DNA from: Diplonema japonicum
Taxonomy: Eukaryota; Protista; Euglenozoa: Diplonemea
Assembly (NCBI GenBank): GCA_964019335.1
Contig: OZ025687.1
Span: 1 to 64,000, forward strand
Reading direction: 5' to 3'
DNA length: 64,000 nucleotides
Every line of letters begins with the position of its first letter. Position 1 is the first letter of the stretch. Position numbers and translations under genes: made by a program. Positions 48,156 through 60,580 of the stretch are shown one piece after another. Below the pieces are notes generated by a model, which did not search any database, was not told the DNA's origin, and worked only from the letters and a program-made list of their open reading frames with translations.

Positions 48156-50927
48156 CAACGTAATGGGATGGTTAGAGGCTTCCGGCTTAACTTCATTTAC
48201 CAAGGCAGGGGCAGTAGGTGGGCGTGTATACTCTTTGGCTGGTTTCGAATTCAGCGGCCACACCAAGATGGGATCGGATGCCCCCTGCTCCCTGCAGTTC
48301 TTCAAGGCAGTGGTATTGGAACCTTCTTGTGTAACATCACCTAGGTGTGTACCCCCAACACCCCACACCCTGAACCCTGCAGCGTTCAGCGGGCCTACCG
48401 CTAACGACTTAGGATCTTTGAGCGTGCAGAAATCAGGCCACCCACGTCCGGGCAAGCCTTGTGCTTGGCTCACTTCGATAGGTGCTGGTGGCATGTTGCT
48501 TTTGACGGACTCAATAAGTGTATCCCGCGCTTGCGGATCGGTCGTCTGCCTCCCCTGCACCAAGCCATGCTTCGTGATCCATTCCAACCACGGAGCCCAG
48601 CAATCCTTATCATTCCGCAATGTCTCTGTGTTACCAAACACAATCAGTCCTCTCTTAGCTCTAGTTAGCATCACATTCAGCCTCCTTGGGTCGGATAAAA
48701 ACCCAACGTGGCCGCTCTGGTTCGACCTTACAGCACTGACTACGATGACTTGCTTCTCTCGTCCCTGGAACCCGTCGACGCTGTTCACCTCAAGCCCGCG
48801 ATCGGGGATACTAGCGTTGTTAGCAAATGACCTCCCTCTCCCCACACCTCTTGGGAGACCGAGCATGCGTCTCAGGAGCCTTACCTGTGCTGAGTACGGC
48901 GTAATGACACCAATGTCCGAAGGGGACAGACCCGAACTTGCGAGTAGCCCGTTCACAGTGTCGACGACTAGTTGTGCTTCTGTCTTGTTGAAGTGACTCA
49001 GGCCGTCTGGCGTGTCGGTACCGTTAACGGGCACAAAGCAAATAGGAAGCTCCTGTACAGGCCACTGGAAGCCATGCGGTGGTGGTCGCTCACTGCAATC
49101 AACACCAGAAGTGACCTTCCCTTCGTACATGGCATCAGAAGGATACGCGGCGAGCACAGGGTGCATTCGGTACTGCACAGCTAGAAGTGACGGCTGTACA
49201 CCAGCTGTGACCAATCTGTCGAATAAGGAGACCCCAAAGTGGCCCAGCTCAGCAGAACGCGACAAGATTGTAGGAGGCAGCTGCTTGTGGTCACCAACTA
49301 GAGCAACCTGTAGTGCTCCGTGCATGAGAGGCACAAGTGTCGATGGTTCTGTTGCCTGTGACGCCTCATCTATGAGTACAGCTCTGAAGGTCACTTTCTC
49401 GATGATTTCGACGCCACACCCGCTGCACGTAGCACACACTACATCAGCCTTCCTGAGCATCTGCTGCTGCATTAAGAACAACTGGTCTCGCGGCATATCT
49501 GGTGGCGCGTTGCTCGCGAAGTAGTCCAGAGTGTACTGGTTCAGATCCTGACGTACTGCCTCAGGCCTGCCTAACCTGACGACATTCACACCCGCAGCGA
49601 TGAGTCCTGACACTAAGTTGTCCACAGCTGTGTTGCTGTCAGACGTTGCAAGCACTGGACCCAGCCCTGTCGCTAACCATGACTTCAAAATTGCTATGGA
49701 TGTGTGAGTCTTCCCTGTCCCGGGAGGGCCGTGTATCAAGGAAACACGTTTCGTCAGGGCCGTCCTCAGGGCATCTTGCTGAGAACCATTCAGCTTGTGG
49801 GCACCCATGCTGCGGTCGGATCTGACCACTTCGTTGCAGCACTGTGTGACATATGTTGAGTTCTGGCTGTCTTCGTCGCACTGCTTGCCCGGAACAGGAG
49901 AGTAAAGCAGAGCATCGTGGATGGTGTGGTAGGCAGACTGGGCTGGTTTTGGTGTCTCCCTAATCTCCACCAGTCTGCGGATGGCATCCAGCTGTCTCTG
50001 CAGCGATGTCCTGTTTCCCATCTTGTCAACACGCCACAGTATCGGGCCTCGTTGGTTGAATTGCATGATGTGGTTCAGCTTAATTTGCAACCGGTCGCCC
50101 ACTGCAAGAATCTCGCCTTCAGCACCATCAAACCCGAAATCCATGGGCGACACGAGTACCGAATCGCCCTTGACAAAACAGTGTGCATTCTGGCACCTGC
50201 CCGTAAGTTGCATAGTTGTGGGCTTGCTGAAGTGGAAGCTCGCATTCATGATACCTAAGCCCTGGTCCTCAACGACATTGGGTGGCATGGAAGAGATACG
50301 CCGTAAGGACTGAGCTGCCTCTTCTAAGAACTCTTGCATGATCAAGAAGAGGAAGTGGCGGCAGTAACGGGACCTGACGTAGATTTGCTGCTGGTCGTAA
50401 GTACCAAAGTCGGTGATGTTTAGTAAGGCATCGATGATGTTCTGGATGTCGGGGTAGCTACTTTTCTGAGAGATTTGCGACAACAATCCAAGTAGGAAGC
50501 GTATATTAGGGAAGATGTTGCGTTGGTACAACGTTGACACGGCGTCCGACGCAGCTTTGATCTCTGCTTTGTGCACGCATTTCAAGACAACTTCCCTGAT
50601 CAGCTCCTGGTCCACCCTGGCCTCAGGGTCACTCACAGCAGCCTGCAGGTGCGAAACAGCAGTGCCCACATCCCCGTTGTCAAGGCACTGTCTGATCGAC
50701 GTACTGTGCCATCCGAGCGACGCAGCAATCCCAGACATCCGCTGGTCTTCTGTGAGTGATCTGGGCGCTAAACCTAGCTTTTGCTCCAGTTCTCTCATCT
50801 TCCTTCTGCGCTTTTCACTTGCTTTCGCCGCTTCCTTAGCCGCTGTATTTCCAGTTGAAGCAAGCTCAGCTGCCCTCAGCTTCCTCCTCCGCTTCTCGCT
50901 CTCCTTCGCTGCTGCGCTTCGTACCAT
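45504..50927 (-). CDS. SF1 (UPF1/IGHMBP2-like) RNA helicase fused to 4x qRRM + PDZ-like + BMT5/DUF2431-like methyltransferase + Q/H-rich tail
   Basis: GPPGTGKT, SNTAVDNL, DEASQ, LVGDHKQLPP, QYRMHP, ITPYSAQ, VDGFQGREK, RLNVMLTRAK, followed in one ORF by the duplicated module. Confidence 0.9.
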   Translation of the reverse strand: MVRSAAAKESEKRRRKLRAAELASTGNTAAKEAAKASEKRRRKMRELEQKLGLAPRSLTEDQRMSGIAASLGWHSTSIRQCLDNGDVGTAVSHLQAAVSDPEARVDQELIREVVLKCVHKAEIKAASDAVSTLYQRNIFPNIRFLLGLLSQISQKSSYPDIQNIIDALLNITDFGTYDQQQIYVRSRYCRHFLFLIMQEFLEEAAQSLRRISSMPPNVVEDQGLGIMNASFHFSKPTTMQLTGRCQNAHCFVKGDSVLVSPMDFGFDGAEGEILAVGDRLQIKLNHIMQFNQRGPILWRVDKMGNRTSLQRQLDAIRRLVEIRETPKPAQSAYHTIHDALLYSPVPGKQCDEDSQNSTYVTQCCNEVVRSDRSMGAHKLNGSQQDALRTALTKRVSLIHGPPGTGKTHTSIAILKSWLATGLGPVLATSDSNTAVDNLVSGLIAAGVNVVRLGRPEAVRQDLNQYTLDYFASNAPPDMPRDQLFLMQQQMLRKADVVCATCSGCGVEIIEKVTFRAVLIDEASQATEPSTLVPLMHGALQVALVGDHKQLPPTILSRSAELGHFGVSLFDRLVTAGVQPSLLAVQYRMHPVLAAYPSDAMYEGKVTSGVDCSERPPPHGFQWPVQELPICFVPVNGTDTPDGLSHFNKTEAQLVVDTVNGLLASSGLSPSDIGVITPYSAQVRLLRRMLGLPRGVGRGRSFANNASIPDRGLEVNSVDGFQGREKQVIVVSAVRSNQSGHVGFLSDPRRLNVMLTRAKRGLIVFGNTETLRNDKDCWAPWLEWITKHGLVQGRQTTDPQARDTLIESVKSNMPPAPIEVSQAQGLPGRGWPDFCTLKDPKSLAVGPLNAAGFRVWGVGGTHLGDVTQEGSNTTALKNCREQGASDPILVWPLNSKPAKEYTRPPTAPALVNEVKPEASNHPITLCIRMRGLPWSCNQNTLSEFFGNLTIARVNFLYDRTGKPKGECFVRFQTDEMAREAMKMDRQYMGHRFVECYLTKTALADKAEAMSVDQTKDSVYVRLRGLPFSAKEGDIVLFLAEHGITAVEGSVVIEFGSDGRHSGCATVKLVSTKHADIAVSLHRNVRFGTRYVEIFKTTESDALQAEKTHGGAGAKDSFVVKLRGLPMTSGEEDVLHFMSGVKIVPRGIHMVDNDYGRANGTCFVQLQTSTDLDAALGKDGGQMGSRYIEVHRSTVAAMSDNHPPPQEADRGGPYVVWLRGLPFTVTGVDIVKQLFPDIDIVPQGVHLVLEDDGRSHGQAYVELSSERAMRDALGKSGTLMCKNYAQQASHTGRSVDVIRSSLGGLRGAGEVLDEEDIVVKRRHPGEILGCQLDGMALAGVADGSALVRHGGEQFVGRIIRRVNDIDITDPVCLSKALASNSTADTVTLRFQHVPYVPHPYAQRIRDILTRDPTNEWSRQWMRFCTSRGVSCDPTPTTIECAIPSVGEPPVYNETTSNSHPLVGCRINLAQRQRDVVAKIGKSMMQKVDNYPMETDPVKYDRKTRVLLVGEGNFSYAASLCAHFGHAPNVAATGYDSSTEALKLPNADSNISIVKKHGATLLHDVDATRLGDLRERLGDFDSIRWNNPHSGAYPTGAENVTSNQCLLEAFLRSAVTILRPGGEIHIVSSQHSMKKWRIEEMGQPVVACVKIERHVNPFESYVSQRSRGGALPDAAHTVKIYTFQRSDDRAAGTRKHANVNMQMPPAQRQRTGGAWGRQYNQEPGQQRMQHQQHGGQKRQHWHQHGHNQNHHHQQPQQQQQLQQLQQQLQQQQQYQVPEQVPQQWQSPPQHQGSAPHNTALLMQQLQQYMN

Positions 50928-51088
50928 TTTGTTGACTTTAGTGCTTGCGTGTTGATTTTCGAAAAAAGGATGACGATACAAAAAGAAAAATGAGGTCCAG
51001 GGAGGGAATACATGAACCAAAGGGACAGTGTTACAAGGGGTAAACGGAAAGCCTCATTGAGGTTAACAACAAAACCGCGAACGGTGAT

Positions 51089-54000
51089 CTACTGCCAATT
51101 CTTAGGCATTTGGTGTGAAGATAAGTTGAGAGAACTCTGCACTGGGGTCGACACTGCAGAAGGGGGATTGGTCCCAGGGCGGGAAACGGGGCGAGCACTT
51201 CTACGTGAGCCCGTGCGGGAGAGCTTATGTATCGAAGAAGCAACGGAGGACTTCTTGCTGCCCATCCCCCTTCCTGAGTTGCGCCCGAGTTGAATCGCTT
51301 TGTGGAATGTCTCTTCTGCTTTTCCCTTGACCTTGACGAACTCTACGTAAATCTCTTGCCCTGGTTCGCACTGCCCAAGGACCTTTTCCATCCCCTTGGA
51401 GCTGTCGATGGGCCTATTGTTAACGGACTTAAGGAAGTCACCCTTCCTCATGCCGGCCTGTGTATATATGGTCAGGTGTCAAAGGTATACCTGGTAAGCC
51501 AATCCAGCGTTCTTTACATCGCCGATCCGGACGGCACTGCCGTGTTTGCCATCCTCATCGAGCTGCAGACCGATCGTGGGCACTGTTGCAGAAGTTGTGA
51601 GCTTCAGTGACTCATCGTCAGTCATTTCAACGCCATGAATGTTGTCTCCTGGGCAGGGAATATTCTCAAGCGCTTCCTTGGTCAGTTGTACGGGAACCGG
51701 TGCTGGGAGTGGTGCAGGCGTAGGGTCTGCGTCAGCCTCTCGTAACTCCTGTTGTTTCTTAACCTATGTTGTACACATACCTGTGTAGCTGCTTGTGCAA
51801 CCAGACTGGCTTCGTGTTGCAGCGCTGCCTCTCTAACCTCGTTCTGTAGCATTGCTTCTTTAACCTCGTGCTGCAGAACTGCTTCTTTCGCTGCTTCTAG
51901 TTCCTTTGCTGTCTCCAGCTGCACTGTCACCGCCATTTCTAGCTTTCTCGCGGTCGAGCTAGCTTCCCCTTGGGCATCCCTTAGCTGCTGCTGCAGTTGA
52001 GTATTCTGCTTGTTTAGATTGTCGTGGCTAGCGTGAAGCTGGCTGTATTTGATCTTTTCAGAAGCGTAGTTGGCAAGGCTTGCCCTGGATTCCTCCTGCT
52101 GCTTCATTAACTGCTGAATCTTGGCTGTGTGCTGCTGGACCTTCGCTGTTTCATCCCTCAGCTCTTCTTTTGTGGACTCCAAAGCCGCCTGTGACATGTT
52201 CAGATTGCTTTTGATTAACTGATTCTCCGCCTGCAGCGGCCCTTCGCTGTTGGTGGCGGTTTGCAGTGCATCACGCAGCTTGTCATTGGACTCGCTGAGC
52301 TCAAGGTTCTGTTGCTCCCTGTGGCTTAGCTTCGTTGTCATGACGGTCAACTGGTCTTGGTAGTGCCTACAGTCGTTCTTCGCTTCTTCAGCTTTCTCGG
52401 TCACTTCCGCAACAGTGTTGTGCACCCACTCTCTCAACTGCGCTTCCTTGGCATGCGAACCATCTAGATCCTTCTCCTTCTCGTTCATCATGAAGTCCTT
52501 ATGCCTGTTGAGTCCTTTCAGGTGCTCGTTCTCTCGCTGAGATTCCGTCAGCTGTTCTTCCAACGCAGTTATCTTACTTACCAGCTTCTCCTGCTCTTCA
52601 ACGATCTGCTCGCACCCTGCCGTCACCTCCTGTGCCCGCTCCTGGAGGCTGTGCTCCTTCAATTCAAACAGCTTCTGCATCTCTTCAATCTTTGCCGACG
52701 ACATTTCTAGGTCGGCCTTTGTCCTGACGAAATCTCGAAGTTCATTTTCTGCCGCATCGAGGTGAGCCGCTTGCTTTAGGCATTCTTCTTCTTTCACGTC
52801 ATAGTCCTGCGCAAGCGCCTCGTATTCCTTATCCTTCTGCTCGTTTAGTAGCTGTGCTTGTGCAATCTCTTTTGTCAAAGCCTCGACTTTGTGATCCTTT
52901 GCGGCAAGGAGGGACTTTACCTCTTCTAACTTGGCACTACCTTCCCTAAGCAGCTGGATCTCCGCTACTTGGACCTGTGGTGTATTTGGTGGTCTTCAAT
53001 GCTGCCTACCTTGAGGGTTCTGAGTTCGTCGTTCCGGCGGTTGAGCTCAAGGATAGCCTTGTTCATTTCGTCCCTGCACAAGCTAAGCTCTTTGTCGCGG
53101 GCTTTTCCTTGTTCTTCCTTATCCCTGATTATTCTGCACTTTAGCCACGCCAAACATACCTTAATGTCTCGTTGTGCGCCCTTAGAGTCGCGAGCTCTTC
53201 TCTCAACTTCGTCTTCAGCTCATCCATCGTCCGTATTTTCTCTGTCGCAGCACTGAGTTCGATCTCCTTTTGCCGCAACCTCTCATGAGCCTCTTTTTCA
53301 CGCTCGTGCAACGATGCACCTCTTACCTCAGCTGACTGCAGCTGCATCCTCAAGTCTTCTGCCGACTTTAAACGCAATATTGCTGCGTTAAGCTCCCTGT
53401 CTTTTTCGGCAAGAGACACGTGCAACTCCCTTATCCTCTCATCTAAGGTCATCTCCTTCACTTCAGAGGCGTTCAGCTTCATCATAAGCTCCTCTACCTG
53501 CTTGGTCCTCTCCAAGAGCACAGTGTTCTCTCTGTCTTTCTCTTGGCACTTCAGTTCGAGCTCTGTGGACTTCTTGATGGTTGCGCCAAGTTGCTGCACT
53601 GTTTGTTCGTGCACTTCCTGGTGCTGTGCCATTTCATCTATCTTGTTCTGTAGCGACAGTGCTTTGTTGATGTAGCTTTTCTTCTCTTCACCAAAGACAT
53701 TCTTTCCTTCTTCAAGCTGGCTTAGGTGTTGCCGCTCTTGGTTTCGAAGCTGTCGTTCCTGCTTAGAGACCTGATCGTCGTACCTGCTCTGCAGTGTCGA
53801 CACTTCGATCTGCAGCTTCGCGATGGTCGATGACTTGCTTTCCGTCACTCCCTGTAACTCTGTGATCTGTCTCCTTAGGGTTGCCAACTCTGTTCTGAGC
53901 TTCTCAACAGCTTCTTTCTTCCTGTCGCACTCCTCCTTTGCCTGTCTTGCGGCCACGGTCTGATGGTCATAGGCTTCCTGCAATGCATCGTACTCCTTCC

Positions 54001-55048
54001 CTAGCTGTGCCTTTCCGTCTACCACTACATCATACTGCGACTGGATCCTTGCACATTCATTCGCGACTGACTGGTGCCTGATCGTGAACATCTCGAGAGC
54101 CTCTATCGCTTGCGTGTGTTGCTCTTTGAGCTCAATCACAGTCTCGTTGGCAATGGCCAGACTTGCTTGTTTTCTTTGGATGTCTGCATTCTTCTCTTCG
54201 ATGTCCATCCTGGCTCTGTCCACTTCTATCTTTTGCGCCTGTATCTGCGAGTCACGCACCTTCACCTCTTCTTTGAATCTCATCTCCACCTGCTCTGCCA
54301 GCGAAGCCTCCCTCCTCAACATAGCCTCTCTGGACTCCTCTTCTGTGCGCAGAGAATGTTCTCTCAGCCTCTCGATGTCTGCCTGCTGTTCAGCAACTCT
54401 CCTGTACGCCTCCTCCCGATGAGTAGCACACTCTAGTTTCAGCCGCTCGATAACAGTGTTGTGTTGCGCCATGCGTTGCGTAACCTCTTCCTGCACCCTT
54501 GCGTTCACCTGACTGTTGATATTCTCCGTGTGCATCCTCATCTGATTAGCGTGGTCGAGCTGCATCTGCCTGATTCTTTCCTGCAAAATGTTTACTTCTA
54601 CTGCACCTGAGCCCGTTGTTAGCGGAATGGAAGTAGCCACAGGCATGGGTGCAACCGAAGCAGGCAATGGTGCAGGGGAAGTGAATGCCGACACGTGTGG
54701 AGGCGATGTTAGCTGCCTCGCTGGCGTGGCGCTGATCTCCGCTGATTTGTCCGCTGGCTTGTGCGCAATGATCTGATGCAGGTTCGTAATCTGGTTAGCT
54801 GCTTTTTGTAGGTCAGACTCAGTGCTCCCAAGCTCCTTCACCTTGTGGTCGAACAAGGTTTCCAGGTTGTCAAACAGATCCTGGCTCTCTTTCAATTTCG
54901 AGAGGAGTTTCGTGACTAACTTTCCTTCGTTCGGATCCGTGCTTGCTCTACTGGGGCTCATCCTTGGTGCCTCCCACGTAGATCGCTGCATGTTAACCTT
55001 TTGGGTGTTCATCTCAAATGTAATAATAGTGTGACGAAGAATACACAA
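51089..55048 (-). CDS. Large multi-exon coiled-coil protein with C-terminal PDZ-like domain
   Basis: ORFs 53141-55048, 52965-53153, 51682-52878 and 51089-51451 are separated by short GT-AG segments; GMRKGDFLKSVN PDZ-like motif; exon joins not all traced. Confidence 0.65.
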
Positions 55049-55119
55049 AAAAAAGGGAAACGAAAAGGAAAAGGGAAAAAAAAGTTAACAACAATACATG
55101 TACAGCAGATGAGATTTGT

Positions 55120-56077
55120 TCATCTAATTCTTCTGTCCCCTAGTTGCATCTGCAGGAGGTCTATTCTCGCTTCGAGTGAGGCACGCTCCTGGAGTGCTAC
55201 GTTGTAAGCATTCTTGATGTCTTCTACTTGGTACTGCATCGACCTCTTGTGCTTCTCTGCGGTCTCGTATGCCACGCGCCAATCCTCAGCCTCCCTCCGA
55301 ACCATGGCGGACTCCTCCCTCAGCACATCGTGATCGTTCACAAGCTGCATCCTTTCCGTTAACCTCGACTGGCGCAGCTCCTCCACTGTCAACTCTAATT
55401 CGGAAATCAGGGCTGCACGGCTGAGCAGTCTGTCCTTTTCGCCCGTCATGAGCTTGAGGTCCGTTTCTAACGCTTCGTTCGCACGTCTCTTGTCCTCAAG
55501 TTCCGCTTTGCACATATTCATCTCCTGCGCGCTCTCGTCCGAGCCAGCCATCTTCCCTTTCTCGTATGCTGTCATCACGGAATCCTTGATTTCATTCACC
55601 TGGTCGACTTGCTGCAACAGGATCTTCTTCTCCCTGTTCCATGCTGCCTCTTTTTCTGCAAACTCGGAACGCTCCCTTTTTGCAGCTTCCTCTGTCTCAA
55701 AGAGGCGCTGCGCTATTCTGTCCTGTGCAGTCGTATCGGAGCCCACTTGCCTCATTTTGTCCTGTAGACTTGCAAGTGTCCTCTTCAGGGTCTCCGCCTC
55801 CGTAGCTGCTGCGATGGCTTCCTTCCGCAAAGCTTCTTTCTCCTGTTTGACCTCTTCATAGAGCAGCTTCATCTGGTCTGTAGTCTGCCTCTCCCCTTGT
55901 AACACCCTGATAGCGTCGTTGGCTGCCTCGAGGTCTCTTTGCATATGGAGGATGATCTGCTCGCTGTTCATCACCCTAGCGGCCGCATCCTGCTCAACTG
56001 CTTCGATGTGGTCCGCTCCCGCTTCGTTGCGTGCCCTGTCCCGCAGGTACTCGTCCATAACGGAGGTGTGGAGCATG
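55120..56077 (-). CDS. Coiled-coil protein
   Basis: E/K/R/Q-rich heptad ORF. Confidence 0.7.
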
Positions 56078-56130
56078 TTTCCTGACAAAAGGAGATTGAA
56101 AAAGTATAAGCAAAAAAGAGTTATGTGATG

Positions 56131-58987
56131 TCACAGTCTTGATTTCAGCACGTTCGCAACGCTCTGGTACTTTTCAACAGCAGAGTCGCCGCTGGGATTA
56201 ATGTCAATTAATCTCAGATTCGGTGCCTCGGGCAATGCTTGTAAAAGCATGCCCATGATATCTGCCCACTCGCTGGGATCTAGAGGTGCAGCAGTCCACA
56301 TGTGAAGCACACGAAGCTTGCACATCGGTACGTACGTGATGATCTTTCTAATGACATCATACTCAAGCATGTTGTTGCTAATATCCAGGACTTCCAAAGA
56401 GGAAGACAGTAACAGTTCCAGACGGTCGGAAGTCTCTCTGCAGTCTACATTGCGCATAACCAGCTCCTTCAAGGAACCTTTGCACGCTAGCTCCGTGAGC
56501 GATGAAAACTCGGCACACGTCGACAGCTGGTTCTCTGAGATGTCCAGCACCACGATATTGCTAGTCTGAAGAGATTGCAGGAAGCTTTCCATCGACTGTG
56601 CCGCATTACCTGGGTTGGTGAATGATATTTGCAACCACACCTGCTACATTAAGGTGGACCAGGCTGGTCATGTTTGGCACGCACTCGGCAAGCAGGCCTA
56701 GCCCCTCTCCCCCTAGTTCGTTATATGACAGGTCGAGCTTCTGCAGCCCGCATGCTTTTGTAAATCCTGACTTCAGACACTCGATTCTCGACGCAAGCAT
56801 GTTGTCCTTGAGGTTTAACGCAGTGATATGATCATTGCACTTCTCTTCAATGAAGCTGTTCAGGGCGTGCATACATTTGGTGATGTTGTTGCAATCTTCA
56901 TCATTAACAGGGACATCAGCACCTGCACCTGCAAGACGGTTGCTCTCCATATTCAGGGAGGTAAGGCTTTTGTTCTGTTGTAGACTCGAGAACAGGCATT
57001 CAGCGTTGACGGGGCCCATCACGTTATTTCCGAGGGAAAGCTCTTGCAGCGTGTTATTCTCCACCAAACATGCAGCAAGGGCTGCTACTCCGGGTGACCG
57101 CCACCCGGAAACTTCCGTTCTTTTCCCTTCCTCTTCGCTCCCCTCGGGCGGTGGAAGTATAATCTTTTTGACCCCGAACTTATTTTTCTGTAGCAGCAAC
57201 GTTTTCAGTGTGTCATTCTCGCTTTGCAGCACAGCTGAAAGTGATTTGAGACCTTTGGAACCGATGTTGCATTCTGAAAGATCCAGGTACGCGATGGAGC
57301 GAAGGCCTGCTTTGGTCTTCGTTACCTCGGGCTCCGATGGCTCTTCTGGTTCCACCTCCTTGTTTGCACCTGAGCTTTCCTCTTCTTCGGCCTTGTTTTG
57401 TTCAGTACTTTCGTCGTTTTCAGCCTTTTTGCTGGCCTCATCTTTTGTCACCTGTACGTACTTCGTTCTTCGTAGAACACCATACCTCTGGCTCTGCTTC
57501 GGCTGCTGCTGCTGCCGCAGCTTCTTCCTTTGCTGCCTGTTTCGCGGCAATGCGTGCGGCTCGCTCCTCCTGCTAAAATGACCAGGGGAAAGGCATACCT
57601 CTTCCTGTGCTATCTCATCTTCCGTCTTTGGCACTGTTTTGCGCAACATTAATGCCACGAGAGCGGCACCCTCCGACTTGATAGGATTACAGGACAGATC
57701 GAGGGACTCCAAGTGTGACCACCCTGACATGCGTTGTGCTTCCTGCTGCTCCCTTTCCAGCTGCCTCTTCATCACGTTTTCTCGTTCACTGATCTCAAGC
57801 TGCTTCACGGCGGCTACAGACCCGAAGAACTCAACCACCAATGCATGCTGCTGCTCCATCTCCTCTGTTGTAAGTTCCTTTGCTTCCTGTATATGCGTTT
57901 TGAACAGGGCAACACGTTCCTCCAGCGCTGCTTGGTTTTCCTGTTCTCTGCGCTGGTTAGCTGTCAAACGAACCGGCTTCTTCTCGACTTCGTTGTCTTT
58001 GTCATCATTTTCACTGCCCTCGTCTTCGTCCTTATCTGCCTCTACCTCAGGTTCGGGGTCTTCTCCTTCCTCCTCCTCCCCTTCCTCATTTTCATCGTCT
58101 TCTCTAGCTGCTTCCAGTTCCTGTTTCACCTTCTCTGTGTATTCCTCAATGGCATCGTCTTCGTTTAGGTTTTCTGCGCTGGGCGCTTCAGGCATGCCCT
58201 CGTCCATGTCAGGAGGTGACATGGGTGGCTCGTGTTCCGGCAAAGGGCACACGATGTCCGACGATGCTAGCGACTCACAGATAAGCTTCACGGTGACAGG
58301 GCCAACACAACAATCGGATAAGCACAGCGAAACGAGGAATTTGTTGTTTTTTAAATACTCCCCCAACGCTGCCGATTCCCCTTCAGGGTCGTGGGGGATG
58401 TTGCCCGACATGTTGAGCGCCTCAAGTGTCCTGCTGTCTTTTATGGCTTCAAAGAAAGCCGCAGAGCTCTCTGGAGAAAGCTTATTGTTGCTGATGTCCA
58501 ACCGTCTGATGCTGCGGAGGTTGGTGTTCTGAAGACTGTCCATCAGCACCAGCGGGTTGTTGATGATGCCAAGGTAGTCCCACGAAGGCTTCAAGGCAAG
58601 GAGTTTTGACAAACCACCTGAGCCGGTGAAGACATAAGGAGATACATAGAGGGAGCCAAGGGAAGGGTAAGAGGCCAGCAGGGAGGGAATGCTGGTTGTG
58701 GAGAGGTTGCAAGTGGGTGCGATAGTGAGCGACATGGTGGTACTGTCGGGCTTGCTGATCTGTGCTGTGTGTAGGACACTAGGTGGTGGGATGCAGGCTG
58801 ATGGGAGCGATTTGTTCACGCCTTGCAGTGCCTCTTTGGTGCTGAACCCAACCCTGCCGATCCCTTCCAGTCTCTTTGTCATCTCAAGCTCCGTCATTTG
58901 TGCGGCCTTGATCCCCCTTGCTCCTTTGTCGCCACTACCGCATCCCCCACCAACTGTAGGCCCACAGGGCGCCCATGGCCGTGCCAT
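56131..58987 (-). CDS. RNI-like leucine-rich-repeat protein with acidic/coiled-coil inserts, multi-exon
   Basis: LDISNNKL, LDLSCNPI, LDLSECNIG, LSLGNN, LDLSYNEL, LDISENQL repeats. Confidence 0.85.
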
Positions 58988-59957
58988 CGTGGCCTTCTGG
59001 TGATTGTGAAAGCGAAACGAAATAGGTGGCAGCATAAATAAAAGAACGAGAAAGTGAAATTAGTGGCGGCGGCGGGGGAGGGGATAATCGAAAAGCTCTG
59101 AAATGTTTCTTCTGAAAATACAGAAGGGGTCGATTCCATTACTGATTTTTACCTCTCTTCCCCCCCCTCCCTTTCCTCTCCCTTTTTTTAAAGGCACGGA
59201 AGCAAGAAAAGAGAAAGTGGTTTTGCTTGTGCAAGCCGTGTCATCTAAAGTAGGGTAAACGGACAAAGCTGTCTCTACTCTTTTTTTTTCTTTTTTTTTC
59301 TTTTCCCCTTGTTGCAATAACAATCTTGTTTCAAAAAACCTGTTTTACATGTTCAAGCAGAAAAAAGAAAAGAATAAAAGAAAAAGAAAAAAAAAAGCAA
59401 GGCAAAAAATAATCGCGTACCACGGCAGGAAAAAAAAAGGGGGGGATGAAGAAGAAAAGTAAAGAGGGGGCAGTGAATAAGGTAATCGTAAAGAGCGAGA
59501 GCGGGGAATTTTTCCTTTCCCCCCCCCTTTTTTTTCCTTCTTCCTTTTTTTTGCTCCACAACAAAGGTATCTAGGAACACAAAACAGAACACAGCAGATG
59601 CCTCTATCTGATGTGCAGTAGTAGTGCTGTGGCCTGTCACCTTTGGGGATGAAACCACACTCCCTCTGGGTTCACCTGAAGAACATTAAGTGAGTGCTGG
59701 CTCAGGAAACCATGCTGTCCGCCTTCGGTCTTGAGCAAAAATCTTAGCACAACGCGCAAGAAGGAACGTGAATAAGGAATATGGGGAGTGATGGCGGGGG
59801 TGCGAACAAAGGGGGGGAGGGGGAACTATTGTAGAGAGGTTTTTCGTTCTGCTTAAATGACGTTGCTATAAAAGAGGGAAGGGGGGGGGGTGAAATTACT
59901 TTTTTGCAGAAAAGAAATAAAGCAGTTGCTGACACGTTCTCATCAGGGGGGTGATTG

Positions 59958-59988
<31 letters not shown>

Positions 59989-60540
59989 GCATTTTGAGTG
60001 AACCTAACACAGAAAAAAAAATATATATATATTAGGCATTACGTTCTTTCGTCTTTCAGTGGCAAAGAATTCACAATAAGAAAAAAAGAGAAAAAAAAAA
60101 AAAAAACTCCCTGGCCAGCAAATGATCAGCCCCTCTTTTATTTCTTCTGCGGGCTTTCTTTTTCTTTTCTTTTTTTTAAATTTTGTTTTATTTTCTGTTC
60201 TTAAAAATTCTGGGGGTGCAGCCAACAACAAATTCAAAAAAAAAAGGTACTTTCTTTTTGGCGACAAATAATAATAATAAAAGTGAGAAAGGAAAAAAAA
60301 ATCTTTTTTTAACTGTGTCAAGGAGAGGGAAGGTGCTCATACCCCTGCCTGCCATCGTGCTGATGGAAGGAATACTCCAGTAGGCAAAAAGCTTTCCTCC
60401 GTTAGTCCGTTGTGCTGCTACATGTCATCCGTAAAAAAGAAATGCGGTCATCTAAGTTGTAGCCTCTTGCAACGCCAGTCACATAAGGCCTGATGAACCT
60501 CTAAAGGGAAAAGCAAGCTTTACTGCAGATCTCTTGTGAT

Positions 60541-60580
<40 letters not shown>

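Noticed and set aside
48600-50927. Calling the helicase UPF1
   Set aside because: It lacks the N-terminal Cys/His-rich domain; only family-level similarity is supported.
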